NCBI GenBank assembly: GCA_963797095.1
Contig: CAWCNY010000006.1
Span: 32,001 to 96,000 of the forward strand
DNA: 64,000 nucleotides
DNA from: an uncultured Chloroflexia bacterium
Lineage (GTDB): Bacteria; Chloroflexota; Chloroflexia; QHBQ01; JADMIH01
Direction of reading: 5' to 3'
The position numbers and the translations under genes were made by a program. Positions 58,813 to 64,000 of this stretch are shown here, in pieces. Each line of letters begins with the position of its first letter. The first letter of the stretch is position 1. The notes beneath the pieces were generated by a model. The model was not told the origin of the DNA. It saw only the letters and a program-made list of their open reading frames with translations, and did no database searches.

Positions 58813-59192
58813 TACTGGTATTGCCTTGAGAGGGTGTGGCACGAATGCACACTGCTTTACTGCTCCGTGCTTTGTCCCCGAAGGGTCCGGTGTTGGGAGA
58901 CCGGAGCGCTTTTTGAGATTGTGTTTTGGTGCAGCCGCGACTTTGGCTGCTCTCTTCTTTTTGTTTGTTCCTTTGGTAAGGTGCTAAAGGTAAACGCAAA
59001 GATACACAGGGACACCAGCCTTGTCCTCGTGTCCTCCATGCTGCGCGGCAGGGAGGTTGAAACTGTTTCACTCTTGATCTTAGCACAGGCGTTCTGCTTA
59101 TGCAAGTACCCATTGGTATAGTTTTTATGGTTGTCCGTTGCCGGTTGTCGGTTTTCGGTTGGTAGTTGATGGATGATGGGTGATGGCTCTTA

Positions 59193-59277
59193 CGCCCCTC
59201 CGGGGCTAAGGCGGCTGAGGTGGATGGGGAACCCCACGCTTACGCATGGGGCTACTTTCTTTCGCCACTCCGTGGCT
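59193..59277. repeat. REP-like palindrome cluster (similar style to the interior of 5031-5465)
   Basis: GCCCCTCCGGGGC, CCCCACGCTTACGCATGGGG, GCCACTCCGTGGC. Confidence 0.65.
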
Positions 59278-59488
59278 GGTTTAGTTGGTGGGTAGGGCTC
59301 TTTGGTGGGTAGGGGGTTTGGTGGTGGGGCTTTTCCTGGGTTTTTGCTGATTATGTATCAGTGTTGGACGTTGGTGATGGTTTGTCTTGCCGCACCGGGC
59401 TGCATGCTATACAATGGGATTGATACCTTGATTTCGGGGTAGTGGATTTTGAACAGACTTGTGAGGTAGATCTTATCTGTTAGCAACA

Positions 59489-60889
59489 TTGGACATCGGC
59501 GATAGTAAGCGGCCCGCCCTGCTTGGGGCTCTGTTTCAGGGGAGCGAGCAGTCGGGTGGGCTATTTGGACTTGATTTTCCGCCGGGTATCGGCCTGGTGG
59601 CCGTACTTCTGCTTGTACTTCTCAACGGGTTCTTTGTGGCGACCGAGTTCGCGCTGGTGGCTGTGCGCCGCAGCCGCATCGAGCAACTGGTGGCTGAGGG
59701 GAGCCGCCCGGCGCGTACTGTGCGGGGCGCGCTTGACCACCTGGACATGTATATCGCCGCCACCCAGCTAGGGATCACTATGGCCTCGCTGGCTCTTGGG
59801 TGGATAGGGGAGCCCGCGCTGGCGCACCTGATCGACCCAGTGTTGACCGCCATACTGCCGCCCGCGTGGGTGCTGGCAGGATCGCACGCAATCGCGGTGG
59901 CGGTGTCGTTCGCTTTTATTACGGCTTTGCATATCGTGCTGGGTGAGCTTGCGCCGAAGGGGGTGGCGCTCCAACGCCCGGAGGCTACTTCGCTTATTGT
60001 CGTGGTGCCGATGGCGATCTTTATGCGGGTGTTTCGCCCGTTTGTGATGGCGCTGAACGGGGTCGGGAACCTTATACTTCGGATGTTCGGTTTTCGCCCC
60101 GCGAGCGGTGAGGAGCAGGTGCATACGGTAGAGGAGTTGCGCTACCTGGTGCGTACGTCACGCGAGGCGGGTTTGCTGGAAAGCGCCGAGGAGGAGATCG
60201 TGGGCAGGGCGCTTGGGCTGGGCGATATTACAACCCACAGCGTGATGGTGCCGCGCAACGAAATGGCCTCGGTGCCGGTTGGTATATCGCGGGAGGGCTT
60301 GCTTGAGCTGGTAGGCGTGAAGCGGCACGTGCGCTTTCCTGTTTATGAGGCGGACCAGGACCATATCGTGGGCGTGATCTTCCTGACGGATGTGCACGCC
60401 TGGGAGCGTACGCACCCGGGACTGCCGTTTAGCGTGCGTGAAGCTATGCGGCTACCGTTGTTTGTGCCCGAGTTGAGCAAGGGCGACGACCTGTTGGCCC
60501 AGATGCGGGCGGCGCGCACCCACACCGCTATTGTGATAGACGAGTATGGAGGGGTGGCGGGGTTGGTCACGTTGCAGGATATCCTGGAGCGGATCATCGG
60601 GCAGATGCCCGAGATCGACGAGGAGGAGAGGTCTGAGATCGAAGCGCTGACCGATGGGTCGGCACGTATTGATGGCCTTACTTCGCTCCGGGATATGGAG
60701 GAGCGCTTCGGCCTCTCGCTGGAAGATGTGGATGCGGATACCGTCGGCGGCTACGTGCTGGAAACGCTTGGCCGCATACCGACCGCCGGAGATGAGGTTG
60801 TGATCGGCACATACACGTTGCGGGTCATTGCGATGGATGAATTGCGGGTGGCCGAGGTGCTCTTGATGCCGCAAGATGTGGACGCTTAA
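59489..60889 (+). CDS. Hemolysin-family CNNM/CorC protein (DUF21-CBS-CBS-CorC_HlyC)
   Basis: 'LNGFFVATEFALV', 'QLGITMASLALGWIGEP', 'GELAPK', 'DEYGGVAGLVTLQDILE', 'DTVGGYV'. Confidence 0.93.
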   Translation: MDIGDSKRPALLGALFQGSEQSGGLFGLDFPPGIGLVAVLLLVLLNGFFVATEFALVAVRRSRIEQLVAEGSRPARTVRGALDHLDMYIAATQLGITMASLALGWIGEPALAHLIDPVLTAILPPAWVLAGSHAIAVAVSFAFITALHIVLGELAPKGVALQRPEATSLIVVVPMAIFMRVFRPFVMALNGVGNLILRMFGFRPASGEEQVHTVEELRYLVRTSREAGLLESAEEEIVGRALGLGDITTHSVMVPRNEMASVPVGISREGLLELVGVKRHVRFPVYEADQDHIVGVIFLTDVHAWERTHPGLPFSVREAMRLPLFVPELSKGDDLLAQMRAARTHTAIVIDEYGGVAGLVTLQDILERIIGQMPEIDEEERSEIEALTDGSARIDGLTSLRDMEERFGLSLEDVDADTVGGYVLETLGRIPTAGDEVVIGTYTLRVIAMDELRVAEVLLMPQDVDA

Positions 60890-60940
60890 GATTGTGAATC
60901 TTTGCTGACGAAGAAGGTTGCTATGCAGGCGTATATGGCC

Positions 60941-61032
60941 TTGCAGGGGCGGGGTGTGTCTCGCACGTGTCGGGGAGGTGAACCCATGGTGTATACCACC
61001 TTGCAGAGGGCGAGGCATGCCTCGCTCCTACA
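60941..61032. repeat. Degenerate REP pair
   Basis: TTGCAGGGGCGGGGTGTGTCTCGC ... GGCGAGGCATGCCTCGCTCCTACA. Confidence 0.5.
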
Positions 61033-61210
61033 GGTGGTTGCTTTGTTGATTCAGGGTAATACGCGCTTTGGTGGGGCTGTTTCTTGCGCAAAAGGACGAT
61101 GAGATGGGGCATTGGGTTTTCCTTGCTTCAATGGCGGCATTACCTGACCGCTAATGGAGAAGGTTATGCCAAACGTTGTCTCTGCCGGGCTGTAAAATCC
61201 TCGGGTATTT

Positions 61211-61239
61211 GTGCTATACTGTAGATACAATGTATATAC
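61211..61239 (+). promoter_or_regulatory. mazEF promoter -10 and palindromic operator
   Basis: TGC-TATACT followed by near-palindrome GTAGATACA-A-TGTATATAC. Confidence 0.65.
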
Positions 61240-61256
61240 GCGATGGAGATGATAAT

Positions 61257-61493
61257 ATGAGCTGCGTTCAGAAATGGGGCAACAGCCTGGCGATCCGCAT
61301 ACCTAAAGAATATGCTGACAAACTGCATTGGGACCAAAACACCAGTGTCATGCTCTCGGTTGTGGATGGCAAGCTTGTTACGGAGGCAGTTACTGAGCCT
61401 GTGTATGACCTGGGAATGTTACTTGCCGAGGTCACATCCGATAATTTGCGCTCCGAAATCAGCACGGGCCGCTTTGTTGGCAATGAAGCGTGA
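61257..61493 (+). CDS. mazE: AbrB/MazE-family antitoxin
   Basis: 'VQKWGNSLAIRIP'; overlaps the toxin start (GTGA). Confidence 0.9.
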   Translation: MSCVQKWGNSLAIRIPKEYADKLHWDQNTSVMLSVVDGKLVTEAVTEPVYDLGMLLAEVTSDNLRSEISTGRFVGNEA

Positions 61494-61831
61494 TAGGGCA
61501 ATCCTGCATTCCACAACGCGGTGATGTAGTTTGGCTTGATTTCGATCCACAGGCGGGTCATAAGCAGGCGGGGCGACGGCCTGCTCTTGTGCTCTCGCCT
61601 TATGCTTATAACGGTAGGGTCGGTCTTGCAATTCTTTGCCCTATTACGAGCCAGGTCAAGGGCTACCCATTTGAAGTTGTGATCCCCGATGACCTCCCGG
61701 TGACGGGAGTAATACTGGCTGATCAGGCGAAGAGCCTTGATTGGCGCGTGCGGCGTGCTGCCTTTGCGTGCACGCTCCCACAAGCCGCGCTAAATGAGGC
61801 GCTTGCCAAACTCACGCTCCTGCTTCGCTGA
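61490..61831 (+). CDS. mazF: MazF/PemK endoribonuclease toxin
   Basis: 'PQRGDVVWLDFDPQAGH.QAGRRPALVLS..CPITSQVKGYPFEV..DQAKSLDW'. Confidence 0.92.
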   Translation: MIGQSCIPQRGDVVWLDFDPQAGHKQAGRRPALVLSPYAYNGRVGLAILCPITSQVKGYPFEVVIPDDLPVTGVILADQAKSLDWRVRRAAFACTLPQAALNEALAKLTLLLR

Positions 61832-61842
61832 TGGTTCCCCCG

Positions 61843-62959
61843 CTAGTTGTAGGCGATGCGTGGGTCTGCGACCGCGTAGAGCACATCGGCCAGGATGTTC
61901 GATGCGATGATGAGGGTTGTTACTATGAGGAGGAAGCCCATGATGAGGGGGAGGTCGAGGACGAAGATGGCAGGTATGAAGAGGCGCCCATGCCGGGGTA
62001 GGAGAAGACCTGTTCGGTGGCGACCGCGCCGGAGAAGAGGAAGAGGAGGGGGAGGCTCAGGGAGACGATTGTGATGGTGGGGATGAGGGCGTTTCTGAGG
62101 GCGTGGCGCAAGATGATGGAGCGCTGGCCGAGGCCCTTGGCCCAGGCGGTGCGCACGTAGTCCTGGCGCATTACTTCGAGCATGGAGGCCCTGATGAAGC
62201 GCGAGAATTGCGCTACGCTCACAAAGGAGAGGACGGTTACGGGCAGGATCAGGTGGTAGATGCGGTTGATGATGTAGTTTTCCTGGTCGGTGTCGTAGGC
62301 GTAGCCGGTGGGGAGATAGGGGAGCCAGGTCCAGCCGCTATCATTGAGTTGTTTGGCGAGCACGCCGAGGAAGATGGTTAGCATCAGGCCGAGCCAGAAG
62401 GTGGGCATCGAGAGGCCGACGAACGAGAAGCCTGTTACGGTGTAATCGAGGAGCGAGTATTGCCTGATGGCCGAGATGATTCCTATGGGGAAGGCTATAA
62501 GGAGCGATAGAAGGAGTGACGTGACGGTGAGGGCCAGGGTGTTCCCCAACCTGTCGCCCATCAGGCCGATGACAGGACGGCCTTTTGCCAGCAGCGCGGA
62601 GCGTCCGAAATCGCCTGTGAGCGCGCCCGATCCCTTTATGTGGAAGTCGCCGATGGCGATGTCTATACCTTTCCGGATATTATGGGTGTTGTCGTTGGGT
62701 TCAGGTGCTGGGTGTCTGATGGGTCGAAGAGCCAGCGCAGGTAGCTGAGGGGGTAGGGTGAGTCGAGCTTGTATTGCTTCATAACCTCTACCAGTGCCGC
62801 TATATTCGGGTGATGCTCGCTGCCGCCCGTTGCCATTGCCTCCCAATACTGGTCTACAGGACCGCCTGGGGTGATGAAAAGAACGGTGTAGATCAGGCAG
62901 GTAGAAAATAGCAGGACCACCAAGCCCTGCACGAACCGCCGGATAATGTAAGTAGACAT
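61843..62959 (-). pseudogene. Peptide ABC transporter permease (OppB/DppB) with at least two frameshifts
   Basis: 'MSTYIIRRFVQG', 'GDFGRS', 'DYVRTAWAKGL..HALRNALIP' and 'YAVADPRIAYN' fall in different frames. Confidence 0.82.
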
Positions 62960-63059
62960 CCCACTGATCTCCTTGTGAAATAGTCGCTCAGTGGATGCTT
63001 CCGAACGCTTCAGATGTATACACAGTCTGCGGCGGTTGGCGGTTCAGGTCGCCTGTTGG

Positions 63060-64000
63060 TTACAGGCCGAGGCGCTCGAGTATCCTCGTGATCAGCCAGA
63101 GCACGGTTGGTAGCAGAAGGGCGGTCAGCACGGCTCGTACCGCTTCGGGGTCCCAGGGCCATGTGGAAGATTTCGCAACCACGTCCTGTTCCTTTATTAG
63201 ACCGTCAATTGCATTGTTTATGTTGCCTATGTCGGCGCTGTAATCGCCCGCATCGGTGCGGCGGTGTAATTCGTTTGATACGTCCTCGAAACGTCGCGAA
63301 ATTTCGCTCTTGCGTCGGTCCTTCTCCTGTTGCAGTAATTTGTGCGCGCCGAATAGGGGCCATACAAAAGTTGCAAGCGCGATAAGCACGAAAGCGGCAA
63401 CAAGGATACCGTTGGTAGGAGAGTATATCTGCCAATTGCCATAGATGGAGAGGTAGGCGTATGTTAATGCGAGCAGTGCGACAGTGGTCATCGCGCCGAC
63501 CCTGGAAAGGGCGTAAAGGGGGCCCATATCGAAAATGCTGACGTTCGTATGATGGGTACAGATGCGTGCTACCGTTCGAAGTTGATGAATCGTATGGTAC
63601 GCGAAGACGATCATCGCAAGTCCGGAAAGCCCTGAGAGGCAGAGATCGACTGTAGTTGCAAGCGGTGATGTAAGGTATTTTGACCTCTCAATGTCAGCGC
63701 CGGTCAAGAAGAAGGGTATATAAGCAAGCCCAATGGCGGCCCCGACAAGGCTCAACAGCAACACGGGGCGCGACGGCATAGTTGCGATCCGGTAGCGCAG
63801 ACTTTCATAATCCTCATCGGGTACGGTCAGCACGGGGCGAAAATCGGCTAAAGCCCTGCGTGCCATATTGTCCAGGTAGTGCAGCACGAATAGCAGATAG
63901 ATGGGATCGAGACCGTCGAAGATATGGATGGGGAAGAAGGTGCCTACCGGATAGCTGTTGTCGCTCCATGCGGCGATTGTCCTCGTGAGGCTCAGGGCCA
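63060..64000 (-). CDS. Hypothetical integral membrane protein (5' end beyond the window)
   Basis: Multi-TM ORF with 'STWPWD' near the C-terminus; the frame appears to continue upstream of the called start. Confidence 0.7.
   Translation of the reverse strand, partial: ALSLTRTIAAWSDNSYPVGTFFPIHIFDGLDPIYLLFVLHYLDNMARRALADFRPVLTVPDEDYESLRYRIATMPSRPVLLLSLVGAAIGLAYIPFFLTGADIERSKYLTSPLATTVDLCLSGLSGLAMIVFAYHTIHQLRTVARICTHHTNVSIFDMGPLYALSRVGAMTTVALLALTYAYLSIYGNWQIYSPTNGILVAAFVLIALATFVWPLFGAHKLLQQEKDRRKSEISRRFEDVSNELHRRTDAGDYSADIGNINNAIDGLIKEQDVVAKSSTWPWDPEAVRAVLTALLLPTVLWLITRILERLGL

Larger units (their letters stand above)
55915..59105 (-). ncRNA. Candidate structured RNA/repeat element, copy B, split by IS982 and IS701-like insertions
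   Basis: Segments 58818-59087, 57745-57795 and 55915-55965 are homologous to 7353-7740; TTGCAT-N17-TAAGAT promoter at 59105-59077. Confidence 0.5.

Noticed and set aside
10836-62959. Programmed frameshifting in USP, hybrid kinase, Fe-S oxidoreductase and oppB
   Set aside because: No shared slippery-site or stimulator pattern; scattered single-base shifts are better explained by assembly indels or recent decay. Raw reads are needed to decide.

Overview
GC-rich bacterial chromosomal segment, most likely Chloroflexota. The lineage call is inferred from F(P/Q)E(T/S)-type surface repeats, Chloroflexi-style SLH tails, heptamer STRR-like repeats and mglAB. Housekeeping and metabolic genes: lon, recO, purH, purM-purN, purine nucleoside phosphorylase, etfBA with an EtfD/FadF-like Fe-S oxidoreductase, a sugar ABC transporter, a heterodimeric ABC exporter, a trkA pair with a USP gene, two MFS transporters, GT-C glycosyltransferases, mazEF and an OmpR-family two-component system. 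Five insertion sequences have readable ends: a TnpB-only IS605/IS1341-type element, ISKra4 nested in an IS701-like element, a second IS701-like element and an IS982. There are also two inverted-repeat MITE/REPIN-like elements. The most notable unexplained signal is a ~350-390 nt non-coding element present twice (7353-7740 + and 55915-59105 -, the second split by two ISs). Its helices are conserved between copies through compensatory and G-U changes, it has a predicted long-range pseudoknot, and one copy has a sigma70-type promoter, making it a candidate large structured RNA. Other points: the TnpB empty site can be reconstructed exactly, giving a TAM/guide prediction; TCTCAG-N5 boxes suggest a two-component regulon; a 20-bp VNTR gates a transposase reading frame; MazF carries an E-to-K change at a key residue. 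Four genes have frameshifts that may be assembly indels.
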